A DNA stretch of 64,000 nucleotides from Actinomycetota bacterium (GCA_039201605.1 JBCCRO010000030.1:1686-65685); one strand, 5' to 3'; positions 1 to 9,238 are shown, counted from the stretch's first letter. Program-made: numbers and translations. Notes: generated by a model from the sequence alone, not told the origin.

Positions 1-315
1 GCCCTCCTCGGGGGGCGGGGGTGGCTGCTCACCGGAGCCCGGCAGGGGACCGGGCTCGGGCGACGGCTCCGTGCCGTCGCCCGGTGCGCCGCCGGGGATC
101 AGCGGTGGGAGGCCGCCCGGGGCGTCGAAGCCGGGCCCGCCGGTGCCGGGGAGGTTGAACTCGACCAGGTCGTGGGCGCCGCCGACGCTGTCGACGCCAA
201 GGCCGTCGCCACCAGCGCCGTCGAGACAGACGGCGACCACCAGATCGAGCGCCAGGCGGGCCTCGGAGACGCCGCCGAGCAGGAGCCCGATCGACTCGAT
301 CAACCATGTCGGCAC
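1..315 (-). CDS. partial CDS (first 105 codons, continues past window start): Gly/Pro-rich hypothetical protein, last visible gene of the Rhs operon
   Basis: Not in the ORF track because there is no stop inside the window. The high-GC3 frame is open from 315 down to 1. GTG 313-315 lies 2 nt after the TGA (318-320) of the upstream gene and 6 nt after GGGGAGG. Translation VPTWLIESIGLLLGG...PGSGEQPPPPPEEG. Track ORF 29-307(-) is the Arg-rich off-frame. Confidence 0.4.
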   Translation of the reverse strand, partial: MPTWLIESIGLLLGGVSEARLALDLVVAVCLDGAGGDGLGVDSVGGAHDLVEFNLPGTGGPGFDAPGGLPPLIPGGAPGDGTEPSPEPGPLPGSGEQPPPPPEEG

Positions 316-317
316 GC

Positions 318-2489
318 TCAGCCTCCCCGCTCGAAGGCGACGACGACGGCGACGCCGTTGGACGAGGTGCCGTAGTAGACGAGGTCGTCGATGACGGGCC
401 CGAAGCGGGTGGCCTGGCCGATGTCGGCGTCGGGACCGAAGGCGTCCTCGAGGGGCAACTCCCAGAGGAGCTCGCCCTCTGCGGTGTAGGCCACGGCGAA
501 GGGGCCGCCGAAGGTGCCGTCGTAGATCACGCCGTCGTCGGCCACCGCCATCGGATTGCCGGTGTTGCGGAAGGCGACGAGGTCGAGGGTCCAGTCGATC
601 TCGCCGTCGAGGTCGACGCCGGTCACGAGTTCGCCGTCGTAGAACACGAACCGCTCGTCGGCCACCACGCCGGCGTTGGGGGCACGGCTGAGGGGGCGCG
701 AGCCGTCGGGTGCGCCGGGGATGCGCCACCGCTCCACCAGTTCGCCGTCCTCGGCGGCCAGCGCCACGGCGTAGCTGGAGTTGCCGTCGTCGTCCGCCCG
801 GTCGCCGGTGGTGGCGAGGAACGTCACCCCGTCGATCGACAGCAGCGCCCCCGGCACGCTCACCAGCTCGCCCGGCACCGTGCGGGTGTCGAGTTCCCGG
901 CCGGTGGCCGGATCGAGCAGGGCGACTTCGACCGTCCGACGATCGCCGTCGTCGACCCGGGATGCGTGGAGCAGCGACCCGTCGGCGGCCACGCCGACCC
1001 CGAGCGACGACGGCCCGAGGTAGGGCCGGTGCCACAGCACACCGCCATCGGGGTCGATGGCCCACAGCACCGAGCGGTTGCCGTCGAGGATGATGCGGCC
1101 GTCGATCACCTGGCTCCGGTATCGACATGACGTCATCGACGGCTCGTCGGCGTCGAGGTCCGGGAAGATGGTGCGTTCCACAGCCCCGGTGGTGCCGTCG
1201 ACGATGACGATGCCGGCGGTGCCGTCGGCCTCCTCGGGCAGGAGCGGACCGCGCAGCTCGGCCTGCAACCCGATCCGCCCGTCGCCCAGTGCCATCGCCG
1301 GGCAGGCCTCGACGATCCCGTCCAACCGCCAGACCTCCTCACCGGTCGTCGCGTCGAGGGCCACGGCCACGCCGAGACCGGTCTCGTCATCGGTGGCATT
1401 GACGATCACGGGGCCGGCGCCGTCGGCGACGAAGCCCGGCTCCGCCTCCGACAGGCCGTCGAGCACGGTCAGCCAGGCCACGGCGCCGCCGGCGGCCACG
1501 TCGGGGACGAACGCCGTTCCCTCGGCGCGGGCCTGGGCCCGGGCGGCGCTGACGGCGAACGAGTCGTCGCCGGTGAGGCCGACGTCGAGCAGGCAGTCGG
1601 TGAGGTACGGCTCGAGCGTCACCCCCGCCTCGGCGCAGGCGGCCTCGGCCGCCGCCAGCTGCTCGGGCGTGAGGTCGGTGACCACGGCGGCCGAGCGGGG
1701 GAACGACTCGTCGGTGAACGTGGCGGTGCTCTCCCCCCGGCCGTAGGGGAACAGGCTGGTCTCGTCGGTGACCCGCCAGCTGTGACCGAACTCCCGGTGC
1801 ACGGTCTCCCAGTCGGGCACCCCGACGTACGGTCGGCCGTCGCGGCTCACGAGGTCGTCGCCGGGGTCGCCGTCGGCATCACCGAATAGCCCGAGGGTCG
1901 TACCGCGCCGCTCCTCGGCCAGGTGGACGTACACGTTGAGATAGGAGCTACTGACGCCCTCGGCCTCGACGTAGGACCCGTCCGGGGCGGTGACGACGAC
2001 GGCGTCGGCCCGTCGGTCGATCGACAGCGCGCCGGCGGTGGTGGTGCCGTCGACCTCGAGCCGGAGCCGATCGCCGTCGACGAAGAGCAGCGGCCCGCTG
2101 TCGCCCGCCACCAGCGCCACCCGGTCGGCGCCGACCTCGACGCCGAACGCCGTGGTGACCGACACCGACCCCGAGGAACCCCACGGCTCCATACGGAGCT
2201 GCACCTCCAGGTCGTCGGCGAGCACCGCCGTGTATTCGCCCGCCCCCTGCAGGTCGTAGCGAAGCTGGTCGAACGTGGTGAGGTGCGGGTCGCCGACCGA
2301 GCTGCCGCAGCCGACGCACGGCGGTGGTCCCTCCGGTGGCGGTGGCGGCGGCTCGGGTGGGCAGTCGGCGGCCAACTCACCGTCGAGCGAGAACTCCCCG
2401 CAGAACGGCGGCGGCGATCCCCCACAGGCGGCCAGCAGGAATGACGCAGCAGCGGCGGCCAGCAGCCCGAGCAGCAGCCGGAGGCTCAT
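318..2489 (-). CDS. exported lipoprotein with vWD (von Willebrand type D) domain plus PQQ-like beta-propeller repeats, 723 aa
   Basis: Track ORF 318-2720(-) trimmed to ATG 2487-2489. MSLRLLLGLLAAAAASFLLAACGG is a signal peptide plus lipobox. GDPHLTTFD (GDPH at 2283-2294) ... LFGDADGD is the vWD pattern. G/W-rich blade repeats follow to the C-terminus. The ATG overlaps the Rhs TGA (ATGA). Confidence 0.8.
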   Translation of the reverse strand: MSLRLLLGLLAAAAASFLLAACGGSPPPFCGEFSLDGELAADCPPEPPPPPPEGPPPCVGCGSSVGDPHLTTFDQLRYDLQGAGEYTAVLADDLEVQLRMEPWGSSGSVSVTTAFGVEVGADRVALVAGDSGPLLFVDGDRLRLEVDGTTTAGALSIDRRADAVVVTAPDGSYVEAEGVSSSYLNVYVHLAEERRGTTLGLFGDADGDPGDDLVSRDGRPYVGVPDWETVHREFGHSWRVTDETSLFPYGRGESTATFTDESFPRSAAVVTDLTPEQLAAAEAACAEAGVTLEPYLTDCLLDVGLTGDDSFAVSAARAQARAEGTAFVPDVAAGGAVAWLTVLDGLSEAEPGFVADGAGPVIVNATDDETGLGVAVALDATTGEEVWRLDGIVEACPAMALGDGRIGLQAELRGPLLPEEADGTAGIVIVDGTTGAVERTIFPDLDADEPSMTSCRYRSQVIDGRIILDGNRSVLWAIDPDGGVLWHRPYLGPSSLGVGVAADGSLLHASRVDDGDRRTVEVALLDPATGRELDTRTVPGELVSVPGALLSIDGVTFLATTGDRADDDGNSSYAVALAAEDGELVERWRIPGAPDGSRPLSRAPNAGVVADERFVFYDGELVTGVDLDGEIDWTLDLVAFRNTGNPMAVADDGVIYDGTFGGPFAVAYTAEGELLWELPLEDAFGPDADIGQATRFGPVIDDLVYYGTSSNGVAVVVAFERGG

Positions 2490-5400
2490 TCGAACATCCA
2501 CTCGATAGAGCGGTGGAGCCGGTCGAGCCCCCTGTAGATCTCCGCCGCACCGGCATCGGGCAACGACTCGGTTGGGACCGATTGATAACCGTCGCCGCCG
2601 CAGGCCCGCGCTGCTTCGAAGACCGGGTTCCAACAGATGTTGGCCCCGCCAAAATCGGCATCCACACCCCAGTAGCCGGTCGAGGTCCCGACGTTGCCGT
2701 CGATCCAGTCCTGGAGGCACTGGGTGTCGACGTCCTCCAGCTCCTCACACTTCAGGGTGTCGTTCAGGCGGGCCCTGTCGGTCTGGTCGACGAGCTTGGT
2801 CATGATCCCGCCGTCGTCCCGATAGTCCTCCGCCGTCCCGAAGCAGCGACCGTTGTTGCAGATCATGCCGTGCTCGAAGTGGCCGAAATCCCAGGCGCAG
2901 ATCGCCGGACCCTCGGGGATGTCGCTGGCGCCGCCGTCGTTGTAGTCGACGCTGAGGTCCTGGAGGCCGGTGGGGTCGATGCGGTTGGCGGGATCGCCGG
3001 AGGCGTAGGTGTGGAGGTTGTGCTGCCCGGACGTCATGAGCAGGGGATCGCGGGAGATCCAGCGGGCCAGGCCGGGGTGGTAGGTGCGGGCCCCGAGGAG
3101 AACGAGGTCGGTGACGCCGTCGACCAGGCCGCCGGTGAAGCCGAAGTGGTGGAAGCCGGGGTTGGTGTCGATCTCGGTGCGACCGTCCGGGTCGTAGCGA
3201 CAGTGCCGCACCACCTCGCCGGTGTCGGCGTCGATCGTCAGCCGAATCGACCCCAACCGATCGGCCACCAGGGCGTAGGTGCGACCGTGGCGGATCATGG
3301 CCACCGGCGTGCGCCCGGCGCCGGGCACGAACACGGTGTCGAGCGTGGCGTCGGGGCCGAGGGTGGCCGCCAGCCTCGCCCCCGCCCACAGGTAGCCCTG
3401 TCGGTACTCGCCGTCGACGTAGGTCGCAGTGCGCCGCCCGAACCCGTCGACCGTGTGCTGCACCAGCTGCCCCTCGGCGGTGCGGACGGCGACCAGGCGA
3501 CCGAGGTCGTCGTGGTGGAACGTGATGGTGCCACTCGGGCCGGTGAGCTGGGTCAGGCGGTCGGCCTCGTCGTAGCGGGCCCGGTCCTGGCCGACCGACA
3601 GGAGGCGATCGCCGCCGTCGACCCGAAGGTAGACGGCGGGTTGGTCGTCGGCGAGGTGGTGGGTCACGGTGCGGTTGCCGAGGTCGTCCCATTGCGCCGC
3701 CCACGACGGAGCCCCGTCGACCTCCACCGCCAGTAGCCGCCCGGTGGGGCCGTGGGTGCGGGTGGTGGTGCGGCGCTCCTCGCCCACGATCTCGTCCCCG
3801 GCTACGGCTCGGTTGACGTCGTCGAAGGTGTCGGCCAGGTGGGCGATCGGTCGGTCGTCGCCGGCGACGGACACCGTTCGGGCCACCACCCGACCGTGCT
3901 CGTCGTGGCGGAAGGCGATGACCACCCGCCCCACCTCGAGGCGCGTCACCAGCCCCGTCGTCGGGTGGCGAATGAACTGCGCCGGACCCTCGGCCGTGAC
4001 CAACCCGTCGGCGTCGACCGACCGGGCCAGGGTCACCGGGCCGATCGTGGTGGCGGTGTGGGCGAAGCCGTCGTAGTCGAACTCGATCCGACCGGGCGCG
4101 TGCCCCTCGCTGGTGTAGGCCGTCACCAGTGGCCCGTCCCGCTCGATGCGGGCCGCCGACCCGGCGCCGGTGGTGAGCTCGTCGACCCGCCCGGCGGCGT
4201 CGCGCCCGATGGCGATCTCGACCGACGATCCCGCCAAGCCGACGAGCTGCCCGCCGGCGTCGCGCCGAAGCGTGATCGGGCCGACGCCCTCGTCGTAGCC
4301 GAGGAGTCGGCCTGCGTCGTCGGTCGTCCACCTGAGCGCCGGTCGAAGTGCGCCGTCGCCGTCGGGACCCGGAAGCAACGCCTCGACGTCGCCGTCGGGT
4401 CGGCGACGGAGGGACCAGCGGGCGTTCCCGTCGACGGTGGTGTCGACCCGTCGCCGGTCCTCGCTGCGGGCGACTACCACCCGTCGACCGTCGGCCAGGA
4501 GGCTGGAGATCGAACCACCGGGCTGGTCCTGAATGACCGTCAGTTGCCGGTGGCCGTCGTCCACCGTGACCAGGCCGTCGTCGCCGTAGCGGTAGGTGAG
4601 GGTCGTGGCCCCCGTCGTCTGCGCCGTCAGCCGCCCGTGCTCGTCGTAGTGGTTGCGGACGGCGAGGCCCGAGGAGGCCGAAGCTGTCGCCGCCCGACCC
4701 CTGTCGTCGAGCGTGAGGACCGAGCGGCGCCCGGCGGCCGAGGTCGACTCGGTCCGTCCACCGTCGGCGCTCGTCCACCGCCGGCGGCGCTGACCGTCGA
4801 CCTCGTGGACCTCCTCCACCGAGCCGTCGGTATGCTCCTCGACCCACCGGCGACCGATCGTCGTCCGGCCCGACGGGGTTCGCCGCACCATCTCCACCCG
4901 CTGGGAACCGGTGCCGGCGGCGGTACCCCACACGGGGGAATGGCCGCCGGTCCGCACCACCCGCCGGGTCACGGTGGAGCCGTCGGCCTCGCTCACCACC
5001 TGGGAGCCGTCGGGGTGGGTGGCGACGGTGTAGGGCACCGGCGAGCCACAGCATCGGCGGGTTTCGAGCCGGCCCCCTCCCTCCAGGGGGGCCAGCTCCA
5101 CCGACGATTCCTCGCCGGTCGATCGCACGAGCGAGATGCGGCGGCGGGCGCCGTCGACCGTGCGGACCACGTCGGTCCGGCGGCCCGGCTCATCCAGACG
5201 GACCAGTCCTTCCTCGTCGTACGAGGCCTCGAACCGCTGCTCCGCCTCGTCGCCCTCGCCCGTCGAGCCGGTGCCAACACGCCGGACGATGGTCGTCGGT
5301 CGGGCCCGATCGTCGTAGGCGACGTGCCAGGCGCGGCCGTCGTCCGCCGTGAGCGAGGTGAGCAGGCCCCGGGCATCGAGGCCGATGACGGCTCGGCGGC

Positions 5401-5842
5401 CACCGCCGGACACGGTCAGCCGGTCGCCGTGGGCGGTCACGGTGAGGCGGCGTCGCCGGGCGTCGCCGACCGCCGCCAACCGACCGCCGTTCCACGCCAG
5501 CCACCACCGGACAAGCACACCCGGGTGGTCACGAATCTCCAACAGCCGGCCGGTCTCGTCGAACACCAGCCGCTGCCGACTCGACACCCGATCGACGATC
5601 AGCCGGTCGCCCTCAGCCCGTGGCCGGGCGACGGCCCGCCGTCGCCCGCCGAGCAGCACCGCGTTGGCGCCGACGTCCAACCGGTGGTCGATGGGCAGGC
5701 ACCAGCCGCCCAGGCCCACCGGCATCGACGCCGGCCCGGCGTCGGCCGAGCCGGCGAACACCAGCTCGGGGAACGGGCCCGGCACCGGGAGGCGGGCGAC
5801 GAGCGCACCCCGGGTGGGGTCGATGGCGAACGGAGCCCTCAC
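2486..5842 (-). CDS. RHS/YD-repeat protein with variable C-terminal (toxin-type) domain, 1118 aa
   Basis: YD repeats throughout (YDEADRLTQL, YRYGDDGLVT, YDEHGRLTAQ, YDEEGLVRL). Core-end motif ARTYHPGLARWISRDP...GDPANRIDPTGL, followed by a 158-aa Cys-rich tail. GTG start 5840-5842. No signal peptide visible. Confidence 0.9.
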   Translation of the reverse strand: MRAPFAIDPTRGALVARLPVPGPFPELVFAGSADAGPASMPVGLGGWCLPIDHRLDVGANAVLLGGRRRAVARPRAEGDRLIVDRVSSRQRLVFDETGRLLEIRDHPGVLVRWWLAWNGGRLAAVGDARRRRLTVTAHGDRLTVSGGGRRAVIGLDARGLLTSLTADDGRAWHVAYDDRARPTTIVRRVGTGSTGEGDEAEQRFEASYDEEGLVRLDEPGRRTDVVRTVDGARRRISLVRSTGEESSVELAPLEGGGRLETRRCCGSPVPYTVATHPDGSQVVSEADGSTVTRRVVRTGGHSPVWGTAAGTGSQRVEMVRRTPSGRTTIGRRWVEEHTDGSVEEVHEVDGQRRRRWTSADGGRTESTSAAGRRSVLTLDDRGRAATASASSGLAVRNHYDEHGRLTAQTTGATTLTYRYGDDGLVTVDDGHRQLTVIQDQPGGSISSLLADGRRVVVARSEDRRRVDTTVDGNARWSLRRRPDGDVEALLPGPDGDGALRPALRWTTDDAGRLLGYDEGVGPITLRRDAGGQLVGLAGSSVEIAIGRDAAGRVDELTTGAGSAARIERDGPLVTAYTSEGHAPGRIEFDYDGFAHTATTIGPVTLARSVDADGLVTAEGPAQFIRHPTTGLVTRLEVGRVVIAFRHDEHGRVVARTVSVAGDDRPIAHLADTFDDVNRAVAGDEIVGEERRTTTRTHGPTGRLLAVEVDGAPSWAAQWDDLGNRTVTHHLADDQPAVYLRVDGGDRLLSVGQDRARYDEADRLTQLTGPSGTITFHHDDLGRLVAVRTAEGQLVQHTVDGFGRRTATYVDGEYRQGYLWAGARLAATLGPDATLDTVFVPGAGRTPVAMIRHGRTYALVADRLGSIRLTIDADTGEVVRHCRYDPDGRTEIDTNPGFHHFGFTGGLVDGVTDLVLLGARTYHPGLARWISRDPLLMTSGQHNLHTYASGDPANRIDPTGLQDLSVDYNDGGASDIPEGPAICAWDFGHFEHGMICNNGRCFGTAEDYRDDGGIMTKLVDQTDRARLNDTLKCEELEDVDTQCLQDWIDGNVGTSTGYWGVDADFGGANICWNPVFEAARACGGDGYQSVPTESLPDAGAAEIYRGLDRLHRSIEWMFE

Positions 5843-5852
5843 CGCCGCCCGG

Positions 5853-6416
5853 TCACGGGTCGATCCGGGTCCCGCTGAGGGTGACGGACTCGCCGGCGGC
5901 GACCTCTGCCGAGCTGACGGTTTCGGTGAAGACGATCTCGGGCAGGACCCCCGGTTCGGACGGCTGCGTCAGGTAGCCCCGCACCAGCTCGACCTGCATC
6001 GGGCCGCCGCTGTCGACGCTGAAGGTGACGTCGCCCTCGACCACCCACGCCGTGTAGAGGAACTCCTCCGGCGTCGTCTCGTCGAGTTCGAAGCTGAAAC
6101 TCTGCTCGTAGGCCTGCGACTGACCGGCCAGGCTGGCCTCGGTCTCGAGCACATCCTCGACCCGGGCCGTTGTGCCCGTGGGCCCGGTGAGCCGCCACCC
6201 GAGGGCGAGGTCGTTTGACAGATCGCCACCCTCCTCCCCGGGGCCGTCCGACCCGTCCGTCGAGCCGTCGTTCGACTCGGCGGCGGACTCGGCCGCTTCG
6301 GCGCTCTCCTCGAGTTCGGCCTGCACGTCGTCGATCCGGTCGGCCACCCCGCACCCGGCGGCGAACAGCGCCATCGCCACCGCCACGATGGCCGCTCTCG
6401 GTGCTTGCGCTGTCAT
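5853..6416 (-). CDS. small acidic lipoprotein, 187 aa, first gene of the Rhs operon
   Basis: MTAQAPRAAIVAVAMALFAAGCG is a signal peptide plus lipobox. High GC3. The stop lies 10 nt upstream of the Rhs start. Confidence 0.7.
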   Translation of the reverse strand: MTAQAPRAAIVAVAMALFAAGCGVADRIDDVQAELEESAEAAESAAESNDGSTDGSDGPGEEGGDLSNDLALGWRLTGPTGTTARVEDVLETEASLAGQSQAYEQSFSFELDETTPEEFLYTAWVVEGDVTFSVDSGGPMQVELVRGYLTQPSEPGVLPEIVFTETVSSAEVAAGESVTLSGTRIDP

Positions 6417-6511
6417 GGCCCGTCTCCCGTCGCCGCTGGGCCGCCCACCGGCGACCGCCTCCCGAACCCTTGCGGCCGGTCGGTCGGACGGACAACACCC
6501 AGACGACCCGA

Positions 6512-6550
6512 TCGATCACCCAATCCGGCCTCCTCGATCACCCAGACCGG
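6512..6550. promoter_or_regulatory. 17-nt direct repeat x2 (TCGATCACCCAATCCGG / TCGATCACCCAGACCGG), 22-bp period, in the divergent Rhs-operon/LuxR spacer
   Basis: Read directly: 6512-6528 and 6534-6550, 15 of 17 identical, two helical turns apart, 40-78 bp upstream of the LuxR ATG. Confidence 0.3.
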
Positions 6551-6589
6551 CTCGGTCGCGCCCGACCGGAGTCTCTATGCTGAGCCCCG

Positions 6590-9202
6590 ATGGAGCCGGA
6601 GATGGTCGGACGGGCCGACGAGGTGGGTCGCCTGATCACGTTGGCCACGGCCGGGGCGTCGGTCCTGGTCACCGGCGACGCCGGTGTCGGCAAGTCGGCG
6701 CTGCTCCGACGGGTGGCCGACCGCCTCACGCCCGAGCACACGGTGTGGACGGTGTGGGGCACGGCGCCGGCCAAAGGCATCCCCTTCGCCGCCGTCGCCC
6801 ACCTGGTCGACGGCGTGGCCGCCATCGACCAGGCCGTGCTCATCAACCAACTCGCCGTCCGCATGGCCGCCGCCACCCCGGCCGTGGTGGTCGTCGACGA
6901 CATCGACCAGGTCGACGAGGCCACGCTCGCCGTGCTCGATCGCCTGGCCCGCACCGACGGCGTCGCCGTGATCGCCACCCGGCGGACCCAGGCCTCGGCG
7001 GCGGCCGAAACCACACCGCCGACCCTCAGCTGGGCCGACGCCGCCGCCCGCCTCGACCTGCCGCCGCTCGACCGGGAGGCGACGACCGAGCTCGGAGCCC
7101 ACCTCCTCGACGGGCCGCTCTCGGTCGGCCTCGCCGCCGCCCTCTGGGACAAGACGCAAGGCAACCCGTTGCTGGTGACCGAGGTCCTGCTCAGCTCCGA
7201 GGCGGCCGGCGTCCTCCGTCGGGGCCCGCATCAGTGGGACCTCGCCGCCGACCTCGTCGCCGGGGCCCGGGTGACCGATCTGGTGAAGCGCCGCCTCGAC
7301 GGCCTCGACGCCGACCACCGGCGCTGCATGAATCTCGTCGCCGTGGCCGAGCCGCTGCCGTTGGCCCGGCTGGCCGACGTGTTTCCCGCCACGGTGTTCG
7401 CCGAGCTGGAGCGGCGGTCCCTGCTTCGGGCCGACCAGGCCGGCGGCACCCCCACGCTCCGCCTGGCCCACCCGATCCTCGGCGATGTGCTGCGCGACGG
7501 ACTGGGGCCGCTCGGTCGCCGAGCCGTGTTGCTCGAGCTGGCCGAGTGCCACGACGCCGCCACGGTGGGCGACGGCGAATCGCTCCGCCTGGCCAGCTGG
7601 TTGCTCGATCTCGGCGAGACGGCCGACCCGGCCCTCCTGCGGCGAGGCGCGGCCGAAGCGCTCGATCGGTTCGAGCCGGTCCTGGCCGAGCGGCTGCTGC
7701 GAGCCCTCGACCCCACCGCCGACCCCGCCCTGTCGACCATGCTCGGCTCGGCGCTCCGGGCCCAGGGGCGGCTGGACGAGGCGTTGCCCCTCCTCACCGC
7801 GGCCGTCGAGCAGGCGGCGACGCCACCCGACGTGCTGCAGGCCGTCGGCGCGTTGGCCGACACCCACCTCTTCGACCTGGGCGACGTCGGCCAAGCGCTG
7901 ACCCTCCTCGGCGAGGGCGTCGATCGTCTCACCGCCGCCGGGGCCCCTCCCGAGGCGTCGGCCCAGCTGCGCACCCGGGCGTTCCTGGCCACCGGCATGG
8001 CGGGCGACTTCGCCACCGTGCTGGCCGAAGGCCAACAGCTTCTCCAGCTCCCGCTGCCGCCCCCGGTCGAAGGATCGGTGCTGATGGCCTACACCCTGGC
8101 CCAGGCCATGACCGGACGGCTCGACGATGTGCTCGACGGTCTCGACCGGGCCGAGCGTCTGGCCCTGGCCGACGGCGGGTCGAACCCCGTCCTTCTCCAC
8201 CAGCTGCAGCTCAACCGCACCCTCGTCCTCCATAGCCTCGCCGGGTTGGATGCTGCCGCGGCCCATACCGCAGGGATGCGGGCCGCGACCGCCGAGCCCC
8301 TCCGAGCCAGCGCCCTGTTCGTCGACAGCCTGGTCCTGCTCCTCGCCGGCGACCTCGACGGCGTGCTGCGACACACCGCCGAAGCGCTGGCCGACCTGGA
8401 GCAGGGCGATCCCCTCGGGCTGATGACGCTGGCCAGGACCTACCAGGCGGTGGCTCTGGCCATGTCCGGCCGACGGACCGAGGCGGTCCGGGCCGTCACC
8501 GGCCTGGCGACCGCCGCCCATCTCGATGAACCGCGGATGGACGTGTGGCGCCAGCAGGCCGAGGCCTGGATCGAGGCCGGCGGAGAAAAGGGCGACTCGG
8601 CTACCCGCCGGCTGGTCGAGGCCGGGAGCCGCGCCGTCGACGGCCAGCATGCGGTCTGGGGAGCGCAGTGCCTGCACGCCGCCGTCCGCCTCGGACACCC
8701 GGGGCCGGTGGTGGAGCCCCTGGCCGCCCTCGCCCGGTCGGCGGGGCCGCTCGTCGAGCTCTTCGCCCGGCACGCCGACGCCGCGGCGGCCGCCGATCCC
8801 GTGCTGCTCGACAAGGTGGCCGACGACCTGCTGGCCACCGGGGCGGTCGGCGTCGCCGTCGACGCCTGGGCGGCGTGCGCCGACGCGGAGGACGACGAGG
8901 CAGCGGCGGCGCGGGCCGCGCTGCTCGCCCACCTGGCCATGGACCGCTGCTCCGGTTACCGGTCGCCGTTGCTCGACCGGGTGGCGCACCCGCTCACCCC
9001 CCGACAGCACGAGGTGGCGGTCCGAGCGGCCGCCGGCACCTCCGCCCGGGCCATCGCCCAGGAGCTGACGGTCACGGCCAAGACGGTCGACAATCATCTG
9101 CAGGGCGTGTACCTGGCCCTCGGCCTGCAGAGCCGCAGCGAGTTGACGGCGTTGTGGCACCGGGTGGCACCGACCCGCACCGCACCTGGTGTCGAGACGT
9201 AG
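6590..9202 (+). CDS. large ATP-binding LuxR-family (LAL/MalT-like) transcriptional regulator, 870 aa
   Basis: Walker A GDAGVGKSALL near the N-terminus, a long helical/TPR-like middle, and a C-terminal LuxR HTH LTPRQHEVAVRAAAGTSARAIAQELTVTAKTVDNHLQGVYLALG. The start could instead be ATG 6602. Confidence 0.85.
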   Translation: MEPEMVGRADEVGRLITLATAGASVLVTGDAGVGKSALLRRVADRLTPEHTVWTVWGTAPAKGIPFAAVAHLVDGVAAIDQAVLINQLAVRMAAATPAVVVVDDIDQVDEATLAVLDRLARTDGVAVIATRRTQASAAAETTPPTLSWADAAARLDLPPLDREATTELGAHLLDGPLSVGLAAALWDKTQGNPLLVTEVLLSSEAAGVLRRGPHQWDLAADLVAGARVTDLVKRRLDGLDADHRRCMNLVAVAEPLPLARLADVFPATVFAELERRSLLRADQAGGTPTLRLAHPILGDVLRDGLGPLGRRAVLLELAECHDAATVGDGESLRLASWLLDLGETADPALLRRGAAEALDRFEPVLAERLLRALDPTADPALSTMLGSALRAQGRLDEALPLLTAAVEQAATPPDVLQAVGALADTHLFDLGDVGQALTLLGEGVDRLTAAGAPPEASAQLRTRAFLATGMAGDFATVLAEGQQLLQLPLPPPVEGSVLMAYTLAQAMTGRLDDVLDGLDRAERLALADGGSNPVLLHQLQLNRTLVLHSLAGLDAAAAHTAGMRAATAEPLRASALFVDSLVLLLAGDLDGVLRHTAEALADLEQGDPLGLMTLARTYQAVALAMSGRRTEAVRAVTGLATAAHLDEPRMDVWRQQAEAWIEAGGEKGDSATRRLVEAGSRAVDGQHAVWGAQCLHAAVRLGHPGPVVEPLAALARSAGPLVELFARHADAAAAADPVLLDKVADDLLATGAVGVAVDAWAACADAEDDEAAAARAALLAHLAMDRCSGYRSPLLDRVAHPLTPRQHEVAVRAAAGTSARAIAQELTVTAKTVDNHLQGVYLALGLQSRSELTALWHRVAPTRTAPGVET

Positions 9203-9238
9203 GCTGGCCTGAATCCCGAGAACGGAAAGCGCAACGAC

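Noticed and set aside
29-307. 92-aa ATG-initiated ORF on the minus strand
   Set aside because: The Arg-rich translation (RRRLRGPPGARSGGRR...) is typical of the wrong frame. The neighbouring frame (GTG 315) has the GC3 bias and RBS, and is called instead.
318-2489. vWD/beta-propeller lipoprotein as the cognate Rhs immunity protein
   Set aside because: It is far larger than typical immunity proteins and clearly exported and lipid-anchored. A partner or receptor role seems more plausible, although protection against an extracytoplasmic toxin cannot be excluded.
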